The notes under the pieces: model-generated
Databases searched by the model: none
The model's input: the letters and a program-made list of their open reading frames with translations, nothing else
What the model was told of the DNA's origin: nothing
Program-made: the position numbers and the translations under genes
Part shown: in pieces, positions 11,621 through 24,535 of the stretch
Numbering within the stretch: position 1 is the stretch's first letter
Layout: each line of letters begins with the position of its first letter
Source: Octopus vulgaris
Lineage: Eukaryota
Direction of reading: 5' to 3'
Assembly (NCBI GenBank): GCA_951406725.2
Contig: OX597825.1
Coordinates: 34,596,001 to 34,660,000 of the forward strand
Length of the DNA: 64,000 nucleotides

Positions 11621-12149
11621 CTAGACATTTTAATTGTAGCTGTTGCACCTCACTAAGGGGCCCTATGCTATTAACTGACTCACGACACATTGAAAATCAC
11701 TTCACACTCTACTTTTACTTATCTCAAGCAAACGAATGGCTCATACTCTCGTCTCACTCCTGATCATAGCAAATATTAAACAGTGAATTCACCTTCCTTT
11801 TTTGAAAGACGTAATTGTTATTTATCGTTATGTCAACTCTGCTTGAGAAAACCTATAATTAATGGCTGGATTTTTATATGGGTGACAGAAGAAATGATAA
11901 CGAGTGAGTTGGGATGTTTGCATGGGTGTAAATGGAGGCGATTCAGCTCTGAAGAAAAGAATCTTCTGCTGTAGCTGAAGAAAAGAGACAACGTCTCTGA
12001 ATCAGAGGTTGGTGTTGGTTTGTGAACAAACGCATTTTCAGTAACATGTACTCTTATATTCTCGCAAGTGTCACTGTCTGTGAATTTCATATAAATTATA
12101 GCAGATCGTTAAATGAAATTGTTAAAACGATAGAGCAAACTGTGCAATT

Positions 12150-12500
12150 GTGCCGGCATGACTGTGTGGTTAAAAAGCTTGCTTTGCAACCACTTAAGTT
12201 TCGTGTTCAATACCACTGCGCGGCACCTATAGCTCTAGGCCGACTAATGCCTCTTGAGTGAATCTTGTAGATGGAGATTGTGAAGCTCTTAGCGTGTTTA
12301 TGTTTGTCCCCACCCTTTGGTTCATAATCAATATTTGTTTACATCCTCATAATTTGGTGGTTTGAAAAAGGTGACCTATTGAATTAGTAATAGACTTTTA
12401 GAAAATAAGTACTGGGGTCGATTTGTTCGACTGGACAAACCCTTCAAGGCAGTGCTGCAGCATTGCCACAGTCCAGTGACTGAAACAGATAAAAGAAAAT
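12150..12500 (+). mobile_element. OK-like tRNA-derived SINE
   Basis: 'ggcatgactgtgtggttaaaaagcttgc' head; 'tactggggtcgatttgttcgact...ccagtgactgaaaca' tail. Confidence 0.85.
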
Positions 12501-12834
12501 ATGATATGTAATATACAGTAGAACATCTATCAATGTTTTAGTGAGTCAGTTACAGTTTCTTACGAAAGAGGTGGTTGAGCGCTATTTCCAAACTGTTCAA
12601 TTTGTTTGTAAATGGCATCATGGATGCAGTTATCAGCAATACCTACGATAATATTTGCGATTAGTATTCTCTTTCATTTTTTTTTTACTGAAAATAATTG
12701 CTGTTTAATTTCTTTGGGGAAACTCAATGGTTTTTTGCGTTTGTTTTTTTCGAATATCGCCAGAAGTTAACTGTCCTCCGAGTCGAGATTTTAGACTTTC
12801 AATAGATTTATTTTCTCTCAGAATTACTCTGATT

Positions 12835-13225
12835 GTAGGCGTGGCTTTGTTTTTAAGAAGTTTGCTTTCCAACTATGTGGCCCTGGGTTCGGTCTCACTA
12901 CACTGCGCCTTGGGCCAGTGATTTCTACTATAGCCCCAGGCCAACCATTACCTTGTGAGTAGATCTGGTAGACGGAAATTTAAAGAAGCTCGTCATATTT
13001 ACACATACATACATACGACAGGCTTCTTTCATTATGTATGTATCTATGAGTGTATGTCTGTGTTTGTTGTTCTACCGGTTGACAACCGGTGTTAGTTTTT
13101 TTACGTCCTTGTAACTTAGTGCTTCGGCAAGCGGTTTAAATACTGGGCTCGATTTGTTTGACTAACTCTTTCAGTGCGGTACCACAGCATGGCCGCAGTC
13201 CAATGACTGAAACAAGTAAAAGAAA
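12835..13225 (+). mobile_element. OK-like tRNA-derived SINE
   Basis: 'aggcgtggct...gggttcggtctcactacactgcgccttggg...gcatggccgcagtccaatgactgaaacaagtaaaaga'. Confidence 0.85.
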
Positions 13226-13998
13226 AACTATTTAAGATTAATCGACTGATACATTGATGTATACAACCATAGCTACTATTTTCAGTACCGTAAATCCTCG
13301 AGTATAATCCGCATTTTTCCCCCCCAAAATTTAAAGGTCAAAATTCCTAGTGCGTACTATATACGAGGTTAAAAATGAAAAATATTTTCTAAGCAATGTC
13401 CGAGTCTCTATTTGCTGTCCGGCAATGTTTATTCAGATGCATTTTGTGATGAAAATACCTTAAGCTAAGCCTGAAAGCAATTAAGTCATAAAAGAATCAT
13501 CCATAACTTGCAGTAAGCAGCATATATTAAACGTTATTACTGTTATTTCTTTATTTTCTGCAAACAAAATGCACAAAAAAAACTACACGTTTGCATTGTT
13601 ATATATACAATAATAATAAAGGACGTTACCGTATACATTTTTACAAACCAAGGACGTTATATAGACCTCCTTGACTCAAGTTAGAGAAGGGGTGCGTATT
13701 ATTATACACAAGGTTTAGGTTTTTCAGAGGTACAGCCCCCTAAAAATCCCCTGCGTGTTATACTCAAGGGCGGACTATACTTGAGGATTTACGGTAGATA
13801 TCATTCGTTATAACTGAACTATAATAGCTCGATCATTGATGAATGTGTTCTGTTTTAATTGCCTTATATTGAATTATAAATCAACTTCGGAAGAATAAAG
13901 ACAACGTTGTGAGTTCGACGGGATTTCAATTCAGAATGTTATTAAAAATTCTGCTCATCCACTATCATCCTGTCATCCTGAACAACTTGTAGCAACGT
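13035..13998 (+). repeat. Local direct duplication, copy 1 (interrupted by the MITE)
   Basis: Co-linear with 16341-16851, including non-SINE sequence ending 'cctgtcatcctgaacaacttgtagcaa'. Confidence 0.92.
13288..13794. mobile_element. Tc2/pogo-like (Tc1-mariner superfamily) MITE, 507 bp
   Basis: TIRs CCGTAAATCCTCGAGTATAATCCGC / GCGGACTATACTTGAGGATTTACGG; TA TSD at 13286-87 and 13795-96; subterminal TGCGT..TATA repeats; absent from the paralogous copy at about 16630. Confidence 0.9.
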
Positions 13999-13999
13999 C

Positions 14000-14130
14000 T
14001 AAATGGGGCTTCGAACCATTTTATGTTGACGTAACATCATTTGGGCTACGCGTCACGAATATGCAAGCGAACGAATGATTTCACGACTTGCTGTCTGCTA
14101 CTAACTGGTAGACGGGTGGAGGTATTTACG
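14000..14130 (+). promoter_or_regulatory. Candidate CpG-retaining promoter / first exon
   Basis: Unique CpG-dense sequence with CRE/ATF-like TGACGTAA and CGCGTCACG; possible donor GAG|GTATTT after 14121; lies just before the CpG-depleted domain. Confidence 0.35.
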
Positions 14131-15484
14131 GATGTTGCTTTCGAAAACAGAAAAAGGGAATGTTTGTAGGAGCTGGGAAGATAAGGGTTGGCGGTTTACA
14201 ATAAAAGAATAAACAATTAACTGGAGAAAGTGGGGGTGGGACGGAAACTTGTTAAAACAAGTAGAGACTGATAATACATGAAAATAACATTTAAAGATTT
14301 TTTGCAAACAAAATAGGAATAAAAGGAATGCATTCAGAATTTACCGTTTAGAAATGAAAATAAAAAAATTTCTTGTCTTATTCATTGAAAAGAAAACAGA
14401 GAATGCGAAATGTTCGCAATAGATAAGACTGAAAAATCTTTTATTATATGTTAATAATTTTTCTTCTTTTTTTTTTACCTCTGTAAAACACGAACAGATT
14501 AAATCGTGTATCTACGAATTTGTTTTAGTTCATAATGATTACTCGCAGTGTTCATGTCTATGTTTCCTTAGCTTTATAAGTTGAGCCTTTTCAAATGTTC
14601 CAGTTCTTTCTAACTATATATTTGTGAACGAATAATATTCATGTCTTTCGGTAGTGAAGTTGTTATTAACATATTTAATGCAAGGAGCTTTGAAATAATT
14701 ATCCTGTAAGAAAAATTAATAAAAACATTAGCCCGTGACTAATATTTTAATCAGTCTTGATATTTCCTATTGTTTTTTATTTTCATTGCATAAAAACTTT
14801 GATTGTGCAAAATATTCGTAATATAAATATATGTAAATATTCTTATTTATTTCCACTTTTTAATTATAATTCTATATGTTATAATTCAGTGAGAAAGAAC
14901 AGAATTTACTAAAGTAAGCATTAAGAAAATAGAAATACAATCAAGTAACTTAGAAAAAATAGAGGCATGCAACTCCTCCCTTCAATTATACATCTCATCT
15001 GGGGAATATTGGTGTTCCTTCTAGAACTATTATGAAACAACACAAACTTTTAAAAATAAATCGAATTTGATTTTAATTTTATTGTAAATATTTTAAAAGA
15101 CCGTTTTAACTGCAATTTTATTGTGAACATTATTACATTAAAAACAAATTAACCACTAAAAAAAAAAAGAAAATTCCCAAAATGGTTACGCTAAATTCCT
15201 TAAGGCTCCCTTCCGGTTGCCACTTTTATGGGAATCACAGACTTTGAGAACAGGATAACAGTTGAAAACATGAAACATTCCCATTTTAGATGCATTCCTA
15301 TTCTGTCGAAAAATGCTGGCACAACTTGGCAATCACTTCCTGGTGAAACCTTTCAAATTTTATAGAGGATTCATTTCTCTATAGTTTCATATCTTGTGTA
15401 TGTGAGGTAGTATTTCTGATCTGGTAAGGTCCTATGAAGATGCTCTACTCACAGTGTTTTCTTCCTCACCTAACCAATTTTATT

Positions 15485-15860
15485 TTATTTATTTAATTTT
15501 TTCTTACATGTTTTGGTCATAAGACTGCAGTCATGCTAGGACACCATCTTGAAGGGTGTAGTCGAACAAATCAATCCCAGAATTTATTCTTTAAGTCTAG
15601 TCCTTATTGGCCTCCTTTGTCAAACTGCTAAGTCACAAAATCAATTCTAGTATTTATTTTTAAGTTTGTTACTTATTGGTCTATTTTGCCAAACTGCTAT
15701 GTCACAAGGACATAAACAAACTAACATGGGTTGTCAAGCGGTGGTGGTGGACAAACTCATGGCAAGCTTCTACACAGTTTCTGTCTACCAGATCTGCTCA
15801 CAGGGCTTTGGTTGGCCTAGAGCTATAGAAGATGACACTTGCCCAAGATGCCATGCATGC
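15485..15860 (-). mobile_element. Degenerate OK-like SINE
   Basis: Reverse-complement blocks of the OK-like consensus with CpG-to-TpG decay. Confidence 0.75.
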
Positions 15861-16196
15861 CAGAAAAGAATTTAAAAAATTAGAAATTCTATGCTTACCA
15901 ATATTATGTTTGTGTTCTGCGGACATGTTGGTGCATTGCCTTCTGTATCAAATGCTCCATATTGTCTTTGCTAGCTGTTGTTGTTTAACCACAGATAATC
16001 TATAACTGAACAGACCTCTGAGCAAAGATACTCCAGGTTTGAACCCAACATCTTACTTTTTCAGTGATACTATGTTTTTAGTTTCTTGATCCAACTAAAA
16101 TGGAAATTTCAGTTTATTAAGAATTTTTTGTGTGCACTATTTTGAATACCAAAACATACTTTATTTTAATCTTGAAGCTATTTCCTTTAGCTTATT

Positions 16197-16290
16197 ATCA
16201 TCATCGTTTAGCGTCCGCTTTCCATGCTAGCATGGGTTGGACGGTTCAACTGGGGTCTGGGAAGCCAGAAGGCTGCACCAGGCCCAGTCA
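16197..16290 (-). mobile_element. Short, young RTE-tail SINE/LINE 3' end
   Basis: 'atcatcatcgtttagcgtccgctttccatgctagcatgggttggacgg' with CpGs intact; flanked by TAGCTTA direct repeats. Confidence 0.8.
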
Positions 16291-16340
16291 GTAGCTTAAT
16301 ATTATGTAAACAACTGGCTGGCTAAAAATCTTTGAGACAG

Positions 16341-16851
16341 TATGTATGTATGTATATATGTATGTATATGTGTGTGTGTTTGTTTATTTGTTCTTCTACC
16401 GGTTAACAACCAGTGTTGGTTTATTTACATCCTTGTAACTTAGTGATTCGGCTAGAGACCGATAGAATTAGTGTACCAGGCTTAAATACTGGGCTTGATT
16501 TGTTTGACTAAATCCTTCAACATGGTACCATAGCATGACCACAGTTCAATGATTGGAACGAGTAAAAGAAAAACTAATTGAGATTAATCAACTGATACAT
16601 TGATGTGTACAACCATAGCTACTGTTTTCGGTACTTTCCATCATTTTTCAGTTGATATCGTTCGTTATAACTGACCTATATAGCACCATCGTTGATGAAT
16701 GTGTTTGGTTTTAAATGCTTTATAGTGAATTATAAATCGACTTTGGAAGAATAAAGACAATGTTGTGAGTTCGACAGGATTTCAATTCAGAATGTTATTA
16801 AAACTTCTACTAATCCACTATCCCCTGTCATCCTGAACAACTTGTAGCAAT
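16341..16851 (+). repeat. Local direct duplication, copy 2 (empty site for the Tc2-like MITE)
   Basis: Co-linear with 13035-13287 plus 13795-13998. Confidence 0.92.
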
Positions 16852-17700
16852 GCATTAGGAAGGGCATCCAGCCATAGACATCGTGCTAAAGTAGACACTG
16901 GAGGACAATGCAGTCCTTAGGCTCATCAGATCTTGTCAAACCATCCAACTCCTGCCAGTATGAAATGTGGAGATTAAATGATTATGATAATGATGATGAG
17001 GCTTGAGAAAGGAAAGTGACTCAAGGTGATATATGAGGCTGTTGTTTATGATTATTACCTGAACTTTTGATGTTGAGAATGAAGATCAGTGAACAGAAAA
17101 TGGCTGAGTGAGAGAGATTGCCTTTCTGAGGGATGCAAATTGTACCACATGTTTCTATAGGTTGGTTAGATCCTTGTAGAGAAAGCGAAGAGCTTAATAT
17201 GGATAGAATTTAGCTCTGAAGTTCACTATTTAATGTAATGGAATGGACATCATAAGATCCAGTTGTCTTGTTGGGTTGGAATGGTCAGAGGAGTTCCTGT
17301 ATTTAGCAACTATATATCTACAAAGGTAAGGCAAGCATGACCAAAAAGAGGGAAGTTTGGGACAGAATTTTTTGCTTGGAATTGGAAGCAAATGTGGTAA
17401 CCTGATATGCAAGAATACTATTTACAGAGCTATTATGATTGAAGATTTTGCAAATTTAGACGAGACCCTCATGGCAAGAAACCAAAAATCCTGCTGCAAT
17501 TTGAGAGGTAAAAGAGCTTGCAAGCTATACAATACACAACAACATTATTTGCTTTCTTGATGGTTTACTTGCAGAGATTACAATGATAGGTAAGCATCTT
17601 CTTAGTGAGGCTGAAGGAGGGTTATTTTTCCAGGTACATGTGCACCACTTAAAGGTTTTTAGTGTGAAACAGTGATCTTTATTATTATTATTATTATTAT

Positions 17701-17977
17701 TGAGTGAGAGAGCAGTGCATGCCATCAAAGTGACACTGGGGTAAAAATATACGAGGCCCAGTATACCCATCATGACTACCTGTCTGATAAGGGTACACCA
17801 GGCACATGCATCACAACCATATGTGTGCGACATGGTGATCTCATATCAAGATAAACAGCGCATGACCTTGCAGGTAGGGCCCAGTTAAAATTTTCTTGTG
17901 GTCAAGTAGCCCATCCTGCTCAAAAGGTCCTTGAATAAGGATTGTTTAAGGATGTTGAACAAACCACCCATGTTTCC
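17701..17977 (-). mobile_element. About 275-bp retroelement 3' end embedded in a (TTA)n tract
   Basis: Complex sequence flanked on both sides by (TTA)n; resembles a recurrent octopus repeat; family unassigned. Confidence 0.55.
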
Positions 17978-18299
17978 AATAATTATTATTGTTATTGTTA
18001 TTATTATTATTATTATTATTATTGCTATATGCTTTATTTTCTTTTCTCATTGCAACTCTATGACCAAACATCTTGAGCTCTAACTGTACTGCTTCACCCC
18101 ATGTTTTTCTTTGTAAATAGTATTTTTGACTCTCTTGTCATCATTTATTCACATCACATCTCTATGGCAGTTGTCTTGCTTATATAATTCAAATGTTATT
18201 GGTTTTTAATTTCCAGATAGCTACCTTATCTCATTTGTTCTCTGACTTTCAAACATGTTAACATTGGCCATTCAGTGCACCATATTCAATTTAGTTCTC

Positions 18300-18640
18300 T
18301 CCAGTTTCATAATTCTTCTATATTGAATGACCAGTCTTCCCTGCCATGCTGCATCATGTTCCTTACACATTTTTTATTGGTCTGGTCTGGTCTAGTCTAG
18401 TCTGGAGGAAGGGGTCATGTCCATGGCAAGCCCTCCAAGGCTGATGTACTTCATATATTCTGTTTTCCTTTCAACAGCTCCCTAAAATTCTTTGATCCTT
18501 TCTCACTTTAACTTCAATAGTTTTACAATCATGTCTAATACTAAGCTAGATTACCCAGGTAACAGAAACTGTCACCAACATCCTGTGAGCCATTGCAGTA
18601 GTTCATGGATTTTATTTGATTGGTGCCATTTACTGTTAAC
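18300..18640 (-). mobile_element. Decayed RTE LINE fragment
   Basis: Minus strand DVGDSFCYLGNL...NFRELL resembles RTE VVDSFCYLGD...KFRELLP. Confidence 0.6.
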
Positions 18641-19396
18641 TATACATATTTTGATATATGGAATTAATTCGCTCTCTCTCTCTCATTCTCACACACACAC
18701 ACTTTAACAAAGATACATTTAGCAGACTCAACACATTCATGTAAGTGCATGTTGAGTTTTTGCCTATAAAACCATATGACACATTTTGCATGCATATATC
18801 TTTATCTATCTCTTCATATATATATATATGATATTCACACACATGCTGTTAGCCTGTTTGAAGATAAACTGAGAAAACGTGTTAGCATTAAAGATATCAT
18901 ATTGTGCATAGAGGAGAAGCAACTGTGCCCTTATAGACATATGGTGTGAAATGATATAGCTGTATGTGTGTATATATATACATATATGGTAGGAATCTCT
19001 TGTGGTTGAGGAAGATGTCTACCTGGTTATGAAAGCTTTATGTACCAAAGTTCAGATATAATGACAAGAAGAGTCAAGACAGCTAGTGTACACTGGTTTG
19101 ATCTTGGATCCATTCTCAACAGCTAAGTGAACTATATTAAGTGTTCTGCACAGAAACACAGCAAAATGTCATCAACAGACTTGAACTCACCATCAGTGAA
19201 CCTCATCAGTGTCATTTTAACATCTGTTGTTGTTGTTTAACTTTTGTTTATTGAGCAACAAATTACCAAAAGCATTCCAGCTATGATCACTTCCTCTTTT
19301 TTTACCTGCTCAGTGTTCCTCAAACTACATTATGTAGTTTGTCTTCATTTAAAATGGCAAAATGTGAGTTTAAGAGAGATTAGGCTGCTATTTCTA

Positions 19397-19625
19397 ATTT
19401 CTTTATTGCCCACAAGGGGCTAAAGATAGAGGGGACAAACAAGGACAGACAAAGGGATTAAGTAGATTACATTGACCCCAGTGTGTAATTGGTACTTAAT
19501 TTATCAACCCCAAAAGGATGAAAGGCAAAGTCGACCTCAGCAGAATTTGAACACAGAACGTAACAGCAGATGAAATACCGCTAAGCATTTCACCTGGCGT
19601 GCTAATGTTTCTGCCAGCTCGCTGC
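19397..19625 (-). mobile_element. OR-like SINE nested in a (CAA)-tail SINE
   Basis: Reverse copy of 1534-1751; flanking direct repeat GCTGCTATTTCTA at 19384 and 19621. Confidence 0.88.
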
Positions 19626-19699
19626 TATTTCTAGCAAGTATAGCGACCATGTAAAGATTCCCTCATTTGCTCATTTTAACATCTGTTTTGCTTCTTACT

Positions 19700-20330
19700 G
19701 GCAGAGGTAGCACAAGTTTTCTATATACTCTCATCTTGCGCTTTTATCATTGTGACTGTGAAGTACCACATCTTGTGCTGTATGTGCTCCACATCGTTGT
19801 ATGTCCTCTCCAGTCTTCCTCTGCCATAGTTATCTTCTGTTAGACACCACTCATTGTCCATCCACACAATATGTCCACACTAGCATAGTTGTCTCTTCTA
19901 TATACAACATATGGTACATTTTATGTCAAACTCCACTTTTTCTATTTACCTGTGAACTACTTTTCAAACTGGTAAATATTTCACATCCATTCTCTCTCTC
20001 ACTCTCCACCTATCTCCTACATCCAGTGCTCATATCTCGCTGCCTGCCATGTAGCATTATATTCCTTATACATATGCAATGTACAGACTTACTTTCAGCA
20101 TGGAGGCAGAAACCCCTTACTGCTAACACTGGTGACAGTTTCATAATTTCTGTTATCCACCTTCTATACTCGGGTAACTATGATTTTCTTGTAGCCAACC
20201 CAACAGTAATTAGATCACCTAGGTAACAGAAACTATCAACTACATCAGGTGAGCCTTTATTTTTTGAGTGTTCCCCACCCTTTTACTGTTAACTGTTCTT
20301 GTGCATCTGGTGCATCTGAAACTCTGGTTC
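19700..20330 (-). mobile_element. Decayed RTE LINE, post-RT region
   Basis: Minus strand PDVVDSFCYLGDLI...RRW..EIMKLSPVLAVRGF...IRNMLHG. Confidence 0.75.
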
Positions 20331-22179
20331 TCTGTTAATCTGCCCAAGATCCTGCTGTATCAGTTGTGCAACCATTGTTTGCACTGAGTAGTACACAGTA
20401 TGAGGTTTTACATACACACACACATATATATATATTTCTATGTTTTTTTATACTTCTGGAGCCATAAAACTTTCCTGTTGAATAATATAAACAGTGTACA
20501 TGAAAATATATTTGTAAAGATAAACAGCAAAACATCCTCTATCAGATGGTGTAACAGCAACAGATAGGGGCTTCTTTTTAAAAAGAAAAGGGAACGCTGT
20601 AACAGCTGTTGCAGATACTGCTTCCATGATAAGTGTTTTGTCCTCCGTCACCATCCTCCTGCTCTCTTAAGTAGACAACCACCAAAACATTAGGTGCCAC
20701 TGTTTTCTCCCTTTTTTTTTTACTTGATTGTTTCAATATCTCCTCTCTGTCTGTTATGTCAGAAAGTATTGGAAATAAAAAAATTTTTACTTCTTGATTG
20801 TTTTTTTATTTTGTGATTACTAAGCAAAATAATATTTTCTTCCACTTCACCATCATCATCATCATTGTTTCTACACTTTTTTCATGTCAGCATATATCAG
20901 ATGGAACTTTTTGAGGCAGTGTTTTTTAAGGATGGATGCCCTTCCTGGTGTCAAACCTTTTAGTTGTCTCTAACGATTTGTAGATCTTGCAGAATCACTG
21001 TCCATTTTATCATAAAAAGGAATCTGATTTGAAATTTTGCTTTTTCTAGCAAGTTCTTTAGCTCGGCTTTATTCTATACATCTTATATTAAATAAGCTTT
21101 GGGATGTGTGAAAGGTAAAATCAGTTAAACAAATAATGAAATATAATAGAAATACATTTACAATAGAAATACAACGGTGAGCTGGCAGAAACATTAGCAA
21201 ACCGGGCGAAATGCTTAGCGGTATTCTTAAGCCTGGTACTTGATCTATTGGTCAAACATCTATATTGTGTAAGAGTAATTTTGATCCTTAAAAATAAACA
21301 CACACAGCTATATGTCAATGCAGGAATGGCTTAGTGGTTAAGATGTTTACTTTACTATCATAAAATAGCAGGTTTGATCCCACTGCATGGCATCTCAGGC
21401 AAGTATTGTATTCAACTAAACCCTCCAAGGTAGTGCCCCAGGATAGCTGCAGTCCAGTGAGTGAAACAAGTAAATAATAAAAGATATTAATTAATGCATT
21501 GGTGTTGTGGGAGATAACTTTGTGTGCATAGCACATTAATCAGTGGCTCAGGAAAGTTGGAAGAGATTATTATGGAATATAAAAGATGTTCCTATACATA
21601 CCATCTCCTAAATGACACTAGATGTTAACTTTTATAGGAAGAACTATGATATAATAGAGGGCTCTAAAGTCTCGAGGAACTTAAAGATTTATTAATAAAC
21701 AATCATTTTTCCTCCCAACTACAGCTATCTTGAACTCCCTCTCCTATCCCTCCAAAAACCAGTTTTTATCATATGCTTACTGAATAATGGCTACCTGGGA
21801 CTAAACAACAAGAGGAAGGATAATGTAGTCTGCAACTATGTCTGAAAAAAGACACTATGTTCACATCCAAAGCACCTTATGATCATATGTCTGCCTAGTT
21901 AAGGCTGACCTGGAGTTAAACAACAACCACCTAGCAAAGTAACGAAGTTAGCCCTACATTCTTGAAGCAAGGCATGGGAAATGCTCCTTTCCTCAAACTG
22001 ACTAGTGAAAAAAGAAGCAAGCATCTCTAACCAAGTCTACTCAGCCTGGCAATGGATTGTGTGGTGTTAGGTGGAATGGTGTTGTAGCTAAGGGTAGAGA
22101 TAAGTGATAGGTCTGGGAGGAGTTGAGCGAGAAGATAGCTGAGAATGGTATCTGGAGGCAAAACAGCCAACATGTTATA

Positions 22180-22360
22180 TGTCAAGTTTACTTAGATAAG
22201 ACCAACAGACATTAGGAAATTTAAGTTCTGCAGCAAGAGAATGAGATTTGGATTTTTTTAATGACCCCAAAAAAACTTTAAATGGTGGAAAGGAGCAGGG
22301 CCTATAGATATTGTACTCTTGCCTTCTCCACCCCGCTGATTGCAACACACTGCATTCATA
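22180..22360 (-). mobile_element. Possible CR1-type LINE AP-endonuclease remnant
   Basis: IYRPCSF...AAELKFPNVCW resembles IYRPP...GDFNFP.I.W. Confidence 0.4.
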
Positions 22361-22829
22361 CAAATAATTTTAGTAAAATTAGTGTCTAATTCAGTGCTCA
22401 CACATAGTTGACATAGTCCTTCAAACATCTGATATCTGTAAGTAATAGTAATAATCTGTGTGGATTTTTATTAACCATATCTGATGTCTAAAAAAATGTA
22501 ACTGGTTTTGTATGTAGCCAAAATTTATAATTGAGGAGAGGGTGTGTCTAAAATAACATTGGTTCACTTGTAAATAGCAACACTTAAAATTAGTAAAGAC
22601 ACAGAAGTGCTACTACAAGAAGTTGTTGTTGTTGTTAAACCTCTGGTCAGTCCAGAATGAGAAAACCTATGTCATTTGAGTCATAACTATACTCTCATTT
22701 ATTTATGAATGATTACAGTATACAATGTGTCTTGTTTACAAAAACAACAAAAACTGTTGAGTGTGATGGTTGCGGTTTCTAGCAAATCAAGTGACCATAT
22801 AGAAGCTCTCGTAGCTCATCTACAAGAGA

Positions 22830-23195
22830 TTGTTGAATGAAGAGTATTTTAAATAGTTAGGAATAGCTTCAACTAATTTGAAACCTGTGAAGAACCAATT
22901 TAAAGATGCTTAGGACATGAAAGCATAAAAGCCACAAAATCCTCAGATACAGTTGCTGAGATGCTAATAGCAACAGGTGAGTTTGTGTATATCCAGTTTA
23001 TAGTCTGCAACAAACAACTCTGCTTTACATTTGTTGAGCTATAGAAGGCCTTGGCAGTGTCTCTCACTCTGTATATAGCCTGATAAGTTAGACATAAGTG
23101 AATTACTCTTAAAAACAATTCAGGCCATTTTGAGGATATTAAAAGCAAGGTCAGAATTGGCAGCAAAATTCAAAAGGAATTTAGTCTGAATCCCC
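22830..23195 (+). mobile_element. Decayed RTE LINE RT fragment
   Basis: VAEMLIATGE, KQLCFTFVEL*KAL and SKVRIGSK..KEF match RTE RT motifs (IVAEML.A.GE; Y.AFVDLEKAFD; SKVRV...SEEF). Confidence 0.7.
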
Positions 23196-24164
23196 ACTAG
23201 CTAATTTTTTTTTTCTCTTTTCGTTTCATTAGTTCAGAATAATGGATTGTTTTGTTTTGTTTTTTTGTTTGTTTTCTCTCTCTAGAAACTTCTGTATGGC
23301 AGTCTGTAATCAAAAGCTAAACATCATAACACAGATTAAAGTATTTGTCAGTACAGAATCAGTGAACACTAAACAACAATAGAATATGGTGCTATTAATA
23401 TATATTGATATGTTGGCAAGTACATAAAAGAAAGAAAGAGAGAGAAAGAAAGAAGGAATGGAGAGTGTGTCTCCAACATAGTTGTTTATAGCTGTTGAGC
23501 AATAAAATAGAAAACATTTATATGAAAAGAAGAGGAATAGGGGAGTTGTTTTATTAATTTGTCTGAAATCAAGGTTGGAGGTTGGGAAGGGCGGCATTTA
23601 TACATGCTGCAGTCGAGAGACTCTTGAAAAGCCAACCAGTTCTAGTAATTAGATCAGTGTTTTGCTAGATTTTCATATCTGATTTGTGGAAATTTTTTTA
23701 AAGCTTGGGCTTCTCACCTTTTGTCATTTCTACCTTCAACAATGCAGTGACCCATTGATTGGACTGTTGAACCAGTATTTCAGCTCATGTTTCTAACTCG
23801 ACTATTGTCCACAAATGCATGTAATAAAAAGAAAAGACTAAAGTAATTGACTGGTTAGTAAAGGGTATGAGAATATGTCACAAGTGGAATTGGATTTATT
23901 TATTTAATTTTTATCAGATTAAATCTGCTGAAGAATGTTACTGTACACAGTATATGTCACTCGTAATTATCTGCAACATCTTGTTACTCCATGAACTGGA
24001 GGAGTTATATTTCTTAGGAACAGATAGCCAGTGGTACATTATTATAATGTTATCTTAGCTATCTTTGGAGAGTGAGAGAAAAAGAGTTTGGTGGTGGTGG
24101 TGGTGGTAGCATTTTGCTTTAGAGTGGTAGCTAGAATGTCATTGTGGTCAGTCCTTTGCAATCC

Positions 24165-24535
24165 TCTTGTTTCAGTCGTTGGACTGCAAGCAAACTGGGG
24201 CATTGTCTTGAAGGGGTTTTAGTAAAACTGATTGATCCCTTATTTTTAAGCCTGTTGGCTGCTTTTGCTGAACCATTAAGTCACATGAATATAGACAAAG
24301 CAACACCAGTTATCAAGCAGTGATGATGGTGGGGGAAAAATAATGACACAGATACACATATATAAATATTTATACATAATTACAACAGGCCTCTATACAG
24401 TTTCCATCAACCAGATTCACTCACAAAGCATTGGTCGGCCAAGGGCTATAGTAAGAAGACACTTGCCCAGGGTGCCATGCATTGAGAGTGAATCCAGAAC
24501 CACATGGTTGCCAAGTGAGCCTCTTAACCACACAT
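24165..24535 (-). mobile_element. OK-like SINE, near full length, CpG-decayed
   Basis: Reverse complement of the OK-like head and tail blocks. Confidence 0.85.

Noticed and set aside
13447-13473. C/D-box snoRNA (GTGATGA...CTGA)
   Set aside because: Far too short and inside a MITE; other RTGATGA hits are in microsatellites or SINEs
19801-20226. 141-aa plus-strand ORF
   Set aside because: Antisense to a decayed RTE LINE
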